Source: an uncultured Planctomycetales bacterium (lineage in GTDB: Bacteria; Planctomycetota; Phycisphaerae; UBA1845; JAFGLZ01). From it: a stretch of 48,436 nt of DNA. Positions 8,986-18,101 of the stretch are shown here, one piece after another. A model generated the notes under the pieces. That model did not search any database, was not told the origin of the DNA, and saw nothing but the letters and a program-made list of their open reading frames with translations. Both the position numbers and the translations under genes were made by a program. The stretch's first letter is position 1, and each line of letters opens with the position of its first letter. Location: positions 1 through 48,436 of the forward strand of contig CAZKCX010000001.1 of assembly GCA_964550865.1 (NCBI GenBank). The letters run 5' to 3'.

Positions 8986-9902
8986 CGGATCAGATCCGGC
9001 GGCAACTCGCTTCGTCCGGCGTGAATCTCATCGTGACATCGGCTGCACAGGACAACAAGGTTCTCCGGAGTGTTGCTGCCTCCCGAGGCATATTCGGCTA
9101 CGTGGTGCAGCTCCAGAATACGAGGATCGCTTTTCTTCCACCTACTTCGGTTCCAGCCGCAGAGCTGGCATGCGTTGTCGGCTCGTTCGTATACGACCTT
9201 CTGCACTTCGAGAGGGATCTTCCGGTCGTGCGGATCGGCGATCCTCTCCGAACTCTCCATTACGTACTCACCCATCTTGAGGTCCGGGCGACCCGTGAAC
9301 CTAGTACTTATGGGGTATCCTTCTTCCGTCCTCAACTCACGAATACGCCTACCGAATTCGCTCGCCTTGGCAACGTAGCGCAACTCCTCGCTGGTAACCA
9401 CCTGACCTACGTTCTCCAAGAAGTACTGAAGCAACCTGCCACGGCTCCCGCCGGACTGCTCGTTCCTGATTCTGTTGGCCAGTTTCCACCGTCGGGCTGC
9501 CGTATGGTCAGGCTCGACTTCCAGCAGAAGATATTCACTCGGCTTAAGGGTAACGCCGCTCTCGGGGTCGTTGCTGTATCCCGTCAAGATCTTGTAGCCG
9601 TCCTCTACCCGCAACTCACGGATACGTCGTGCGTATTCGGAGATCCCGGAGACGACCTCAAGTTCTGCTGCTGCGATCACGACGCCGACATGCTCCGTGA
9701 GATACAACCGAATGCGCTCACGTGCGTGAACCCTGGCCGCATTCGGATTGCTCTGCTTGCCGAGTTCCTTAACGCAACCGGCGATTTCTACAAGAAGCAA
9801 CACCTTCTGACGCCAAGAAAGCCCGCTGTGGTCTCGACGATACGCTGATAGCTTCTCGTCCGCCTCAGCGATGAGTGCCTGCAGCTTCTTAGGCTTTGAC
9901 AT
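8982..9902 (-). CDS. HNH-family endonuclease, probable restriction endonuclease partner of the adjacent Dcm methyltransferase
   Basis: 306 aa. C-terminal HNH/zinc motif CQLCGW...LELHHVAEYASGGSNTPENLVVLCSRCHDEIH. Two tandem ~65-aa repeats precede it (..SEYARRIRELRVEDGYKILT.. and ..SEFGRRIRELRTEEGYPIST..). Overlaps the methyltransferase gene by 14 nt and vsr by 4 nt. Confidence 0.7.
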   Translation of the reverse strand: MSKPKKLQALIAEADEKLSAYRRDHSGLSWRQKVLLLVEIAGCVKELGKQSNPNAARVHARERIRLYLTEHVGVVIAAAELEVVSGISEYARRIRELRVEDGYKILTGYSNDPESGVTLKPSEYLLLEVEPDHTAARRWKLANRIRNEQSGGSRGRLLQYFLENVGQVVTSEELRYVAKASEFGRRIRELRTEEGYPISTRFTGRPDLKMGEYVMESSERIADPHDRKIPLEVQKVVYERADNACQLCGWNRSRWKKSDPRILELHHVAEYASGGSNTPENLVVLCSRCHDEIHAGRSELPPDLIR

Positions 9903-11358
9903 TGCTTCGACTCGTCGTCGAGTGTTTGGGGCTTCGTGATCGTCGCTTCGACTTTCGGATCTCTGCGAAAAGCGTCCTTCCTATCTGATGTGCCAGCGGC
10001 GGCGGCACGGCGTTTCCTATCTGGACGCCCACTTCGATTCGCTTTCCGAGGAACTGAAAGTCGTCGGGGAATCCCTGAAGCCGAGCGGCTTCTCTATGTG
10101 TGATCGGGCGATCCTCCTCGGGATGCAGGTACCTTCCTTTTTCCGGCTTGTAGAACTCCGTCCGAATCGTCACGGAAGGTCGATCCCACCAAAGTCGCCC
10201 GAAGAGGTCGGTACCGCCTTTCGTCTTGCGCTTCCAACACTCCGGCATCAGGTCGGGCGGTAGATCCCAGCGGTTTCCTCCCGGCGGGATGCACCGGTAG
10301 CGTCGGAGGGACATCTCGGTCGGGTTGCGACCTATGTGCCAATTCTCCTCGTCGGGCGTCGGAGGAAGATCGCCGATCGCATCTCTAACGGTTCGCCAGG
10401 GCGGCAAATCCTGTGTTTCGAACGTCGGCGGCTCCTCGGGGTCTCGGTGAGTAGGGGCGGGAAAGACGGGGTAGCCGATTCGGCTGCCGACTACGAAGGC
10501 TCGCTTCCTTTGCTGTGGGGCCCCGTAGAAGGCTGCGTTCAAGATCCGTCCTTGCACCTCGTAGCCGAGTTCCACCGCCTCCCCAACGATTTCCTGGTAT
10601 TCGGCGGAGCTGAGCAAGGGAGGCACGTTCTCCATCACGAAAATCAGCGGCTCAGCGTCTTTGATCGCTCGAAGGAAATGCCGCCACAGCTGTCGACGAG
10701 GATCGTTGGGGACACGCTCCCCGAGATTGCTGAAGCCCTGGCATGGCGGCCCGCCGACAAGCAGGTCGCAAGGGGGAAAGGACTCGACCTCCTGAATCGA
10801 GCACTGAAGGATGCGGGGGCTGATGTTCGCCCGATAGGTCTCGCAGCAGGAGGCATCCCATTCGACGGCCAGCAGGGGCTCGAAGCCAGCTTGATGCAGT
10901 CCGTAGGAGAAGCCACCGCAACCTGCGAAGAGATCGACCGCCGTAGGCTTCTTGGGGCGGTGCGACGGCCAATGCTCGGGAATGGTGGATCCGGCTCGCA
11001 GGCTCTTGGTATCGAAAGGGTAGATGCGGTACTCGTACTTATGCCGTCGTTCTATGGCGATTATATCGCCTTCTTGTATTCCATGTTTCTTGAAGAACCG
11101 CCCGACCCAGGCCCGTTTTCGGAAGAAGTTGCGAGGGTGGTTGTTCCCGCCGTTGGTGGCGATGTCCGTCTCCACCGCCTCGGGCAGCCCTTCCACGTGC
11201 AACGTTAGGGGATGTCCGATCCCCTTCCGCTTATTCGATCCGCCGTAGCAGTCCTTCGGGAAGAAGTCGTGGTGGCCGCTGAGGTAGATGTGATTGTGCC
11301 GAAGGTTGCCCTTCCTGATCGCCACCAGCCGCTTCTTGTCGCTGGCATTCCCGCTCAT
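9889..11358 (-). CDS. DNA (cytosine-5)-methyltransferase with ~140-aa N-terminal extension
   Basis: 489 aa. C5-MTase motifs: I DLFAGCGGFS, IV GGPPCQGFS, VI ENVPPL, VIII QRKRAFVVG, X IGNAVPPPLA. Confidence 0.92.
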   Translation of the reverse strand: MSGNASDKKRLVAIRKGNLRHNHIYLSGHHDFFPKDCYGGSNKRKGIGHPLTLHVEGLPEAVETDIATNGGNNHPRNFFRKRAWVGRFFKKHGIQEGDIIAIERRHKYEYRIYPFDTKSLRAGSTIPEHWPSHRPKKPTAVDLFAGCGGFSYGLHQAGFEPLLAVEWDASCCETYRANISPRILQCSIQEVESFPPCDLLVGGPPCQGFSNLGERVPNDPRRQLWRHFLRAIKDAEPLIFVMENVPPLLSSAEYQEIVGEAVELGYEVQGRILNAAFYGAPQQRKRAFVVGSRIGYPVFPAPTHRDPEEPPTFETQDLPPWRTVRDAIGDLPPTPDEENWHIGRNPTEMSLRRYRCIPPGGNRWDLPPDLMPECWKRKTKGGTDLFGRLWWDRPSVTIRTEFYKPEKGRYLHPEEDRPITHREAARLQGFPDDFQFLGKRIEVGVQIGNAVPPPLAHQIGRTLFAEIRKSKRRSRSPKHSTTSRSNVKA

Positions 11359-11604
11359 CGGTGCGTGCCGTCCTCCTTGACTCCTGACCAGAGCATTCTA
11401 CACCTCCGTGACCCGCATGCAAGGTGTTATGCGGTTCCGATTCCCGTGTTCCCGTGTCCCTGATGCTGCCGCCTGCTCGGATAACTACTGGGTAAGCGAA
11501 TTCGACCTACCAGGGGACATCGACCACAAGCGCCTTGTGTGGAAGTCAATCTCTGGCGATTCGGGCGGTGGCCGGCGACGGTCCGCCCAGTGCGACAACG
11601 TCGC

Positions 11605-12714
11605 TCAATCCATGGCGATCTTGCCGATGTAGATGGCGGGGTGCTTGGCCGGCTCGCCCTCGTGGCTTGCGTGATTGCTCACGACGAGCGTGTTGCCCTG
11701 CGCAACCACGCCGGGGTAGCCGTTGAACCAGCTGGACGGAAGCTCGACGAGCTCCACCAAACGCTCCTTCTCAAGGTCGACCCAACACACGCCGGTGTGC
11801 ACCTTTCGGGTGTACATGCGACATGCAGCGATGAGTCGACCGTCGGGAAGGCATATCAGCTCAGGCCCTCCGACGCCTACGCCCAGGTCGATCCATCGCC
11901 ACGTTGTGTAGGGCGGCTTGGCGATGCCCAATTGGGCCGGTTCGATGGCGTGGGGCTTGGCGTAGTCCGTGCATCGGAGCAGACAGTAGCAGGTATCGTC
12001 GGGTCCGAACGCCAAGGCCCCTTCGTTGGGAAACGTCTGGCCCTGGATCATCTGAGGCACGAGGACCTTCCACTTCAGGCCATCGGTGCTTCGGTACAGC
12101 CGCGTGAATGTTGGCTTCTTCTTGTAGTCGTGCCGAAACAGCTTGTGGTATCCGACGCCGTAGCAAACGCCCTTGTGCCATGTGGTGCGCCAGATCCACA
12201 CGTTCGGTTCGCCGATCGGATGCGGACCCTCCCAGCGGGGTCCGTCTGCCGAGAAATACACGAGAGACTGGTGGGTCTTCCCGTTCTCGGCCGGTCTCAG
12301 CCAGACGACGGTGTTGAGCATCAGCCTGCCGTCCGGGGTGATCTCCAGCTTCGGGTCGCGCAGGTCGTGACCTTCGTAGGCCAGCAGGGCCGCGCTCCTC
12401 CAGGTCGTGCAGTCCTTCGAGAGCAGGATGCGGATCTTCCCGTCCTTGGAGGTGTGATGATCCGCCTCGCGGAAGGTGAGGACCCAGATGTCGTTGAAGC
12501 GGACGAGATCGGTGAACTCGTTGTGCGGCGCGCGGTCCCATACCTTCTTGTATTCGAGCAGCCGAGCATTCTGTGCGACGAGCGTAGGTGCGAGCCAGCC
12601 GATGAGGAAAAGCGCCTGGACCCATGCCCCTATTCCGATGGCTCTGTCTTTCCGTCGGTATCGTGCCACGTCTACGCCTCCAAGGTCTCTGGTGCCAGAG
12701 TTCGAACACGTCAT
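11605..12714 (-). CDS. sialidase/BNR-like beta-propeller glycosidase-family protein, membrane-anchored or secreted
   Basis: 369 aa with an N-terminal hydrophobic segment (IGIGAWVQALFLIGWLAPTLVAQ). Beta-rich W/Y/G sequence resembles exo-alpha-sialidase-like propellers (SKDCTTWRS, STDGLKWKV Asp-box-like). The function call is tentative. Confidence 0.55.
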   Translation of the reverse strand: MTCSNSGTRDLGGVDVARYRRKDRAIGIGAWVQALFLIGWLAPTLVAQNARLLEYKKVWDRAPHNEFTDLVRFNDIWVLTFREADHHTSKDGKIRILLSKDCTTWRSAALLAYEGHDLRDPKLEITPDGRLMLNTVVWLRPAENGKTHQSLVYFSADGPRWEGPHPIGEPNVWIWRTTWHKGVCYGVGYHKLFRHDYKKKPTFTRLYRSTDGLKWKVLVPQMIQGQTFPNEGALAFGPDDTCYCLLRCTDYAKPHAIEPAQLGIAKPPYTTWRWIDLGVGVGGPELICLPDGRLIAACRMYTRKVHTGVCWVDLEKERLVELVELPSSWFNGYPGVVAQGNTLVVSNHASHEGEPAKHPAIYIGKIAMD

Positions 12715-12786
12715 CTTGTTATCGCCAGAAACGGCTCCCGTCAGCTAGAACCGGTAGATCTTTGTAACTCGCCGCAGTTCACGTAA

Positions 12787-13230
12787 GATGCGCGACCTAC
12801 CTTCAGCTTACCTCCGCTTCCCGAACGCGCGATACATCTCCCATTGATCGTGCGCGGCGATGTCCGCGTCGATCGGGTCGTGTCGGCCTTTGAATGCGGC
12901 GCGATCGTGAACCCGGACAACGTTGAGAACCAGGTGGTTGGATGCAACATCATGGGTCTCGGCGCTGCCCTCTTCGAGGTCATCGAGTTCGACGAGGGAA
13001 AGATTCTCAATCCAAGGTTCTCGAGCTACCGCGTCCCACGGTTCGGCGATCTCCCGATCTTCGAGACGGTTCTGCTGGACCGAAGGGACGTGACGTCGGT
13101 GGGCGCCGGCGAGACCCCGGTCTTGGGCGTGGCCCCGGCGGTCGGCAACGCCATCTTCGACGCGACCGGCAAACGCCTGCGATCGCTGCCGTTGCTCAAG
13201 GGCGGACTCGGAGCTGCGACGCAGGGGTAG
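12787..13230 (+). pseudogene. C-terminal fragment of a molybdopterin-binding oxidoreductase (aldehyde oxidase/xanthine dehydrogenase, IorB-like beta subunit)
   Basis: The frame opens just after TAA at 12784. The ~125-aa product (VDRVVSAFECGAIVNPDNVENQVVGCNIMGLGAALFEVIEFDEGKILNPRFSSYRVPRFGDLPIFETVLL...VGAGETPVLGVAPAVGNAIFDATGKRLRSLPL) matches only the last part of ~700-aa IorB-type subunits. No upstream portion is present. Confidence 0.6.
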
Positions 13231-13375
13231 AACTCTTTCCTTCCGAGCGTGCATGGTCGGACGGGTGCGCGGGGAGACGCGTTTGCCCGTCTTGCCGAAA
13301 GGTGCTATGACCTCCTGTGACGGTTTGCCCAGGGCCCTGGGCAATGTCGGCCAGCGAATCTTGGGAGGTGTGACT

Positions 13376-14854
13376 ATGCGTGCTTTGCTTTCGGCCGTAG
13401 TGACAGGAATCGTGCTGTGGCAACCGGGCGCTGCCGGCGTCTGCCAAGCAGCCGAGCAGGGGCGGGCCAAGCCGAACATCGTGTTCATCTTGGCCGACGA
13501 CCTGGGGTACACCGACCTCGGTTGTTGCGGCAGCCAATACTACGAGACGCCGAACATCGACCGCCTGGCCTCAGAGGGAATGCGGTTCACTAGCGGTTAC
13601 ACGTCCGCGCCGAACTGCGCGCCCACCCGGGCCGCGTTGATGAGCGGGCAGTACATGCCGCGGACGGGTGTCTACACCGTGGGCAGCATCAATCGTTTTG
13701 ACTGGCAGAGCCGTCCGCTCCGCCCCGTCGACAATGTGACCAAGCTCGATACCCAGAAGACCACCGTCGCCGAGGCGATGAAGAACGCAGGCTATGTCAC
13801 CGGCATGTTCGGCAAGTGGCATCTGGGCAACGACCCGGCGCATCATCCCAGGAAGCAGGGCTTCGATGAGGCGATCATCGCGTCGGGACGACATTTCAAG
13901 TTCCGCACCAACCCAAAGACGGACTATCCCGAGGGGACGTACCTCGCCGACTTCCTCACCGGCAAGGCCGTGGACTTCATCCGCCGACACGCAAAGGAAC
14001 CGTTCTTCCTCTACCTGCCGCACTTCGCGGTACACACCCCGCTCCAGGCGAAAAAGGAGCTGATCGCGAAGTTCAAGGCGAAGCCGCCCGTGGGCGGGCA
14101 CAACAATCCGACGTACGCGGCGATGATCGCCAGTCTCGACGAGAGCGTTGGCCGCGTTCTCGACGCCCTCGACGACCTCAAGCTGTCTTCGAACACGCTG
14201 GTGATCTTCTCCAGCGACAACGGAGGCGTCGGCGGCTATGGGCGAGAGGGCATCAAGGGCAAGGACATCACCGACAACCGGCCGCTCAAGGGCGGCAAGG
14301 GCATGCTCTACGAGGGCGGCATCCGCGTGCCGTACCTGTTTCGCTGGCCCGGTAAGATCGCGCCGCGGAGCGTCTGCGACGAGCCGATCATCAGCGTGGA
14401 CCTCTACCCGACGCTGTTGGAACTCGCCAGCGCCAAACCGCAGCCGGGATACTCCCTCGACGGGGCGAGCTATCTCTCCTTGCTGACGCACGTCGGCAAG
14501 GTCGAGAAGCCTCGCGGACCCTTGTTCTGGCATTTCCCAGGCTACCTGGGTTCGGGCGGCAATACGTGGCGGACGCTCCCCGTGGGCGTCATTCGATCCG
14601 GCGACTTCAAGCTGATGGAGTTCTTCGAGGACGGCCGACTGGAGCTGTACAACCTGAAGAAGGACATCGGGGAGAAACACAACTTGGCGGCCTCGCAGCC
14701 GCAGAAGGTCAAGGAGCTACACGCCCGATTGGTGGCCTGGCGCGACAAGCTCGATGCGCCGATGCCGACGAAGAACGAGGACATCCGCGAGCCACGGGGG
14801 GACCGTCGAGCCAAGCGCGGAAAGCAAGGCCGTCGACGGCGGGCTCCGAGGTAA
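13376..14854 (+). CDS. arylsulfatase (formylglycine-dependent sulfatase family), secreted
   Basis: Internal ATG 13376 preceded by GGGAGG. Signal peptide MRALLSAVVTGIVLWQPGAAGVCQAAE. Sulfatase motifs: NIVFILADDLGY and the FGly site SAPNCAPTRAALMSG (C-x-P-x-R). Confidence 0.9.
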   Translation: MRALLSAVVTGIVLWQPGAAGVCQAAEQGRAKPNIVFILADDLGYTDLGCCGSQYYETPNIDRLASEGMRFTSGYTSAPNCAPTRAALMSGQYMPRTGVYTVGSINRFDWQSRPLRPVDNVTKLDTQKTTVAEAMKNAGYVTGMFGKWHLGNDPAHHPRKQGFDEAIIASGRHFKFRTNPKTDYPEGTYLADFLTGKAVDFIRRHAKEPFFLYLPHFAVHTPLQAKKELIAKFKAKPPVGGHNNPTYAAMIASLDESVGRVLDALDDLKLSSNTLVIFSSDNGGVGGYGREGIKGKDITDNRPLKGGKGMLYEGGIRVPYLFRWPGKIAPRSVCDEPIISVDLYPTLLELASAKPQPGYSLDGASYLSLLTHVGKVEKPRGPLFWHFPGYLGSGGNTWRTLPVGVIRSGDFKLMEFFEDGRLELYNLKKDIGEKHNLAASQPQKVKELHARLVAWRDKLDAPMPTKNEDIREPRGDRRAKRGKQGRRRRAPR

Positions 14855-14947
14855 GGCACGAAGACAGAGGCGTTGAAAGGAGTCGCGGAACCGGACGGTG
14901 AGGGGGCGGTACTCCGTGACGGTAGCCCGTTGGGTTCCTTGGTCCCG

Positions 14948-14968
14948 CACGCTTCCAGCCGGAGCGTG
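14948..14968. terminator. hairpin between convergent genes (possible bidirectional terminator)
   Basis: CACGCT(T)CC-agcc-GGAGCGTG, an imperfect 8-bp stem. It lies between the sulfatase stop (14854) and the stop of the minus-strand gene (14972). No U-tract. Confidence 0.25.
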
Positions 14969-14971
14969 GAG

Positions 14972-15634
14972 CTACTCGCACGATAGGGTATCGGGGGGGA
15001 GCAGATCGGCTTCCAGCGTTCCCCAGACGGCTTTGTGGTTGGCCTTGTCCTCAAGAGGAACCCGGCCGATCTCGAAGCCGAACGGCACCGGATCGCCGTA
15101 GTGGCCGCTCACCAGACAAGGAACGTTGCAGTACAGACCGAGTCCGCCGGAATCCGAATGCCCGAAGAGCGCGAGTCGGCCTCGCTCGCAGTTCGGGCAT
15201 GGCTGACCGACGACGACGTATCCGTCGCGCAGGCCGTTCCGACGCGCGGCCGGCAAGCGATAGACGAGCCCGACCTGTCGAGGGAGAATGCCGTCCCAGC
15301 TACGTTCCACTCTGCGCGCGGCCCACTGGCGTCCCCACCGCCACGACAGGAGTTTCTCCGTCAGTCCCTGGCACACACGCCACTGTGCGATGCGCCTGGC
15401 ACGACCGGTCACCTTGCCACCCGCGGAGATCCGCCCGCGCGTGCTCATCTGACGCAGGGCACCGATCTCCGCGACCACCCGTTCGGGTGTTGCCCCCGGG
15501 GCGATCGAGACGTCTCGTACGTCCAGCTGGAACAGATCTCCCAATTGGGGGACGCGTTGACAGGATCCCCGCCGAATCCAGCACGTGGTTCCGTTCACAG
15601 TTGTATTGGGCTTTGCCGCTACGGTCTTTCGCAT
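14972..15634 (-). CDS. hypothetical protein
   Basis: 220-aa ORF that overlaps the end of the upstream HEAT-like gene by 16 nt (operon-like). No motif recognised. The composition is more protein-like than the competing plus-strand ORFs. Confidence 0.4.
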   Translation of the reverse strand: MRKTVAAKPNTTVNGTTCWIRRGSCQRVPQLGDLFQLDVRDVSIAPGATPERVVAEIGALRQMSTRGRISAGGKVTGRARRIAQWRVCQGLTEKLLSWRWGRQWAARRVERSWDGILPRQVGLVYRLPAARRNGLRDGYVVVGQPCPNCERGRLALFGHSDSGGLGLYCNVPCLVSGHYGDPVPFGFEIGRVPLEDKANHKAVWGTLEADLLPPDTLSCE

Positions 15635-16656
15635 GGGTCGTTCAGCAATTCGGCTGCAATCTCGCGATGGACCCGGGTCGGGCCCGACGTCCGGATGTCC
15701 TCCAGGAGCGAGCGCGTCTCCTCATCCAAGGGAGCGTTCAATTCCAGAAGCGCCCTGAGATACCGCTTCTGTGCGTCTGCGGTGCTTGCGACTAGCCCGC
15801 CCCGGACAGCAGCGAGGACTGTTGTGGGACTGTCACTCGCTGCCCCGGAACGGACATGTGAGAGGCATGCCATGGAAGCCAACTTGGGATCCTCATTCCT
15901 TTGCCAGACGGTTTGGATCAGCTCGCTCGCAGCGATGCGCCAGGGATGGTTGCTCCCGGGTGTTTGTTGGAGTAGGGCGCCGATGGCGTGAAGACAGCCG
16001 ACACGAAATCCCGTCGCAGTCCCCGTCGCGTAGAGATCGATCAGGTCCTCACAGGCGGCCGGATCTCCCGTCGCGGCAAACGCGGCCGGGAGCTCGGCGT
16101 GGAGAATGGAACCCCATCGTCGGTCGCGCCGGAGCGCTCGAAGCCGTTCGAGGGCCTCCGGGCCGCAGCGACCCAGAAGGACAAGGAGTGTGGAGCGCTC
16201 CTCGCCGGACACGCTTGGCTCTCGGACAAGGTGGTCCAAGACCGGTATCGCCGAGAGGAGAACGATCCCACGCGCCGGTTCCCGGAGTGCGGCGATCGCG
16301 CGGGCCGTGCTCCGGATGAGGGCGTGACGAATCAGGGGGCGGTCCTCCGCCCTGAGAGCGTCCAAGAGGGCGAGGGCGGCCGTCTCGCTGGGTACCATCG
16401 AGAGGGCCTGCGCCGCCGCGATGCCTACGTCTTCACTCGTGTCCGTGAGGGATTGGATCAGTCTCTCTTGGAAGGCGGCGCGGGTTTGACCTTCGGCGGT
16501 GCGGTAGCCTTGGATCAGCATCCTTCGCGCCGCGCCGCGAGCGCTGCCTCGAGACTGGGCGACGTCGAGAAGCAGTGCCTCGAGTTCTGCGACCTCTACC
16601 GAGAGCCCGGATCCGACGAGGATCAGAACCACACCTAGCGCCGAGGCGCACATCAT
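15619..16656 (-). CDS. HEAT/ARM-like helical repeat protein with N-terminal hydrophobic anchor
   Basis: 345 aa. N-terminus MMCASALGVVLILVGSGLS, followed by Leu/Ala-rich helical repeats (..AAAQALSMVPSETAALALLDALRAEDRPLIRHALIRS..). Confidence 0.5.
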   Translation of the reverse strand: MMCASALGVVLILVGSGLSVEVAELEALLLDVAQSRGSARGAARRMLIQGYRTAEGQTRAAFQERLIQSLTDTSEDVGIAAAQALSMVPSETAALALLDALRAEDRPLIRHALIRSTARAIAALREPARGIVLLSAIPVLDHLVREPSVSGEERSTLLVLLGRCGPEALERLRALRRDRRWGSILHAELPAAFAATGDPAACEDLIDLYATGTATGFRVGCLHAIGALLQQTPGSNHPWRIAASELIQTVWQRNEDPKLASMACLSHVRSGAASDSPTTVLAAVRGGLVASTADAQKRYLRALLELNAPLDEETRSLLEDIRTSGPTRVHREIAAELLNDPCERP

Positions 16657-16668
16657 TCACACCTTCCT

Positions 16669-17979
16669 TCAGAAGTGGTCAGGGCCGAACGTGCAGCCGC
16701 TGTAGTATTCGCTCTGATCGACGTCGTATCGTGTGTGCTTTCCGCTGCCGAGCGCGCCTGTGCCGCCCCAATTGGGACCGGCGGCCGCCCAGTCGTCGCA
16801 CGCGTCGCTGGTGAAGAGCCAAAGGTCGTCCTCAATCAAGCCGACGGTGTCGTTGATCGAGGTCTCGAGAGCCGATTCGCTCGCCGCAACATGGTCCTCG
16901 ATGGCCGCTCTGGGATCCTCGACCTCATGGACAAGCGCGTATTCAATCCTGCCGAAGTGACCTTCCAAGGACTGCTGCGTCGACGGCGTCCCCCGATACT
17001 CGTGATTCTTCACGGCCTGAACGAAGTCGGCCATATCATCGGCGATGCAACCGTTGGCGTCGTCGTTGTAGTCGTAGAAATTGTCCGCGCCCGTTTCCGG
17101 CGGCGGACCGCCGGACTTGATATAGCGGTTGATTACCGTCTCCCAATCGATCTCCAAGGTCGTGGACCGCACGTACCAGACCCCTTTGTTCGGTCCGCTC
17201 GTGATCGCCGACAACGTCACGCCGTCAGACCAATCCTCCACCGCGGTCTGCGGTACGATGACGCGACTGAGATTCGAGTCCTTGTCGCGGGCCTGGCCGA
17301 GCGCTTCCCCGAGGCCGAGCAGGGGACTTCCCCAGTTCGGGTCGTTGTCCTCCGTGCATGCGCAGGGAGTTTGCCAAGCCCCTCCGCTCCGCGAGGCGAC
17401 GGTGACAGCCAGCGCCTTCGTGCACTCGACTCCCAGCAAGGTCGCAGCGACCTCAATGCTTCCGGAGGCGGCCATGGTGCCGCTCCAAACGCTCCGGTCG
17501 TCGTTGTTGGCGGTGTCGACCCAGTTCGCATCCGTAGCGCTACTGCCGAACGTCCAGTTCCAACTGGTCACACTCAAGTCGTTCGGCAGCGTCTGAGCGA
17601 AGTATCCGGCGGCGCTTCCCCTCGTCGGCTGGGTCGGGCCGATGAGCCGGAGATCTACCACGTCGACGTCGACCGTTCCCTGTTGATCCGGGATGTTCTG
17701 GAAATCGAACGTGGCCGTGACCGTCAGATCTTCCGCATTCGTCCAGTCCATCGTCTTGGTGACTTGGTAGGGGTAAGAGGTGTCCTGATCGGTGGTGGCC
17801 GTCCCCTCGTAGCTGAACGTAACGCCGACCACCGTATCCGTTTCATCCGTAGTGGCCGTAAAGGTGATGGCCTCCCCGTTTTGCACGCCGCTGACGCTCG
17901 CTTGCACCGTCACCGAGCCGAGCGAACACGCCGGCCAAGACAGGAGAGGAATGAGGCCAAAGACGAGCCGAGCGCTCAT
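16669..17979 (-). CDS. secreted hypothetical protein (Ig-like N-terminal region, Cys-containing C-terminal domain)
   Basis: Internal ATG 17979 preceded by AAGGAA. Signal peptide MSARLVFGLIPLLSWPACSLG. T/D/S-rich beta-type sequence. No family recognised. Confidence 0.55.
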   Translation of the reverse strand: MSARLVFGLIPLLSWPACSLGSVTVQASVSGVQNGEAITFTATTDETDTVVGVTFSYEGTATTDQDTSYPYQVTKTMDWTNAEDLTVTATFDFQNIPDQQGTVDVDVVDLRLIGPTQPTRGSAAGYFAQTLPNDLSVTSWNWTFGSSATDANWVDTANNDDRSVWSGTMAASGSIEVAATLLGVECTKALAVTVASRSGGAWQTPCACTEDNDPNWGSPLLGLGEALGQARDKDSNLSRVIVPQTAVEDWSDGVTLSAITSGPNKGVWYVRSTTLEIDWETVINRYIKSGGPPPETGADNFYDYNDDANGCIADDMADFVQAVKNHEYRGTPSTQQSLEGHFGRIEYALVHEVEDPRAAIEDHVAASESALETSINDTVGLIEDDLWLFTSDACDDWAAAGPNWGGTGALGSGKHTRYDVDQSEYYSGCTFGPDHF

Positions 17980-18101
17980 GGTTACGTTCCTTGCTGCTGA
18001 CGGGAGCGAGGGGTACACTGGTTGTGGTAGGGCTCTCCTCCCGCATCCACATAGGAACCAAGTCATCGAGGTCGCCATTGGGCGCAGACGATTTTGGAAA
18101 A

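Noticed and set aside
15035-15991. 318-aa plus-strand ORF overlapping the 14972..15634 and 15619..16656 minus-strand genes.
   Set aside because: The product is Ala/Arg/Ser/Pro-rich and featureless. The minus-strand ORFs form a contiguous operon with the signal-peptide protein at 16669..17979.
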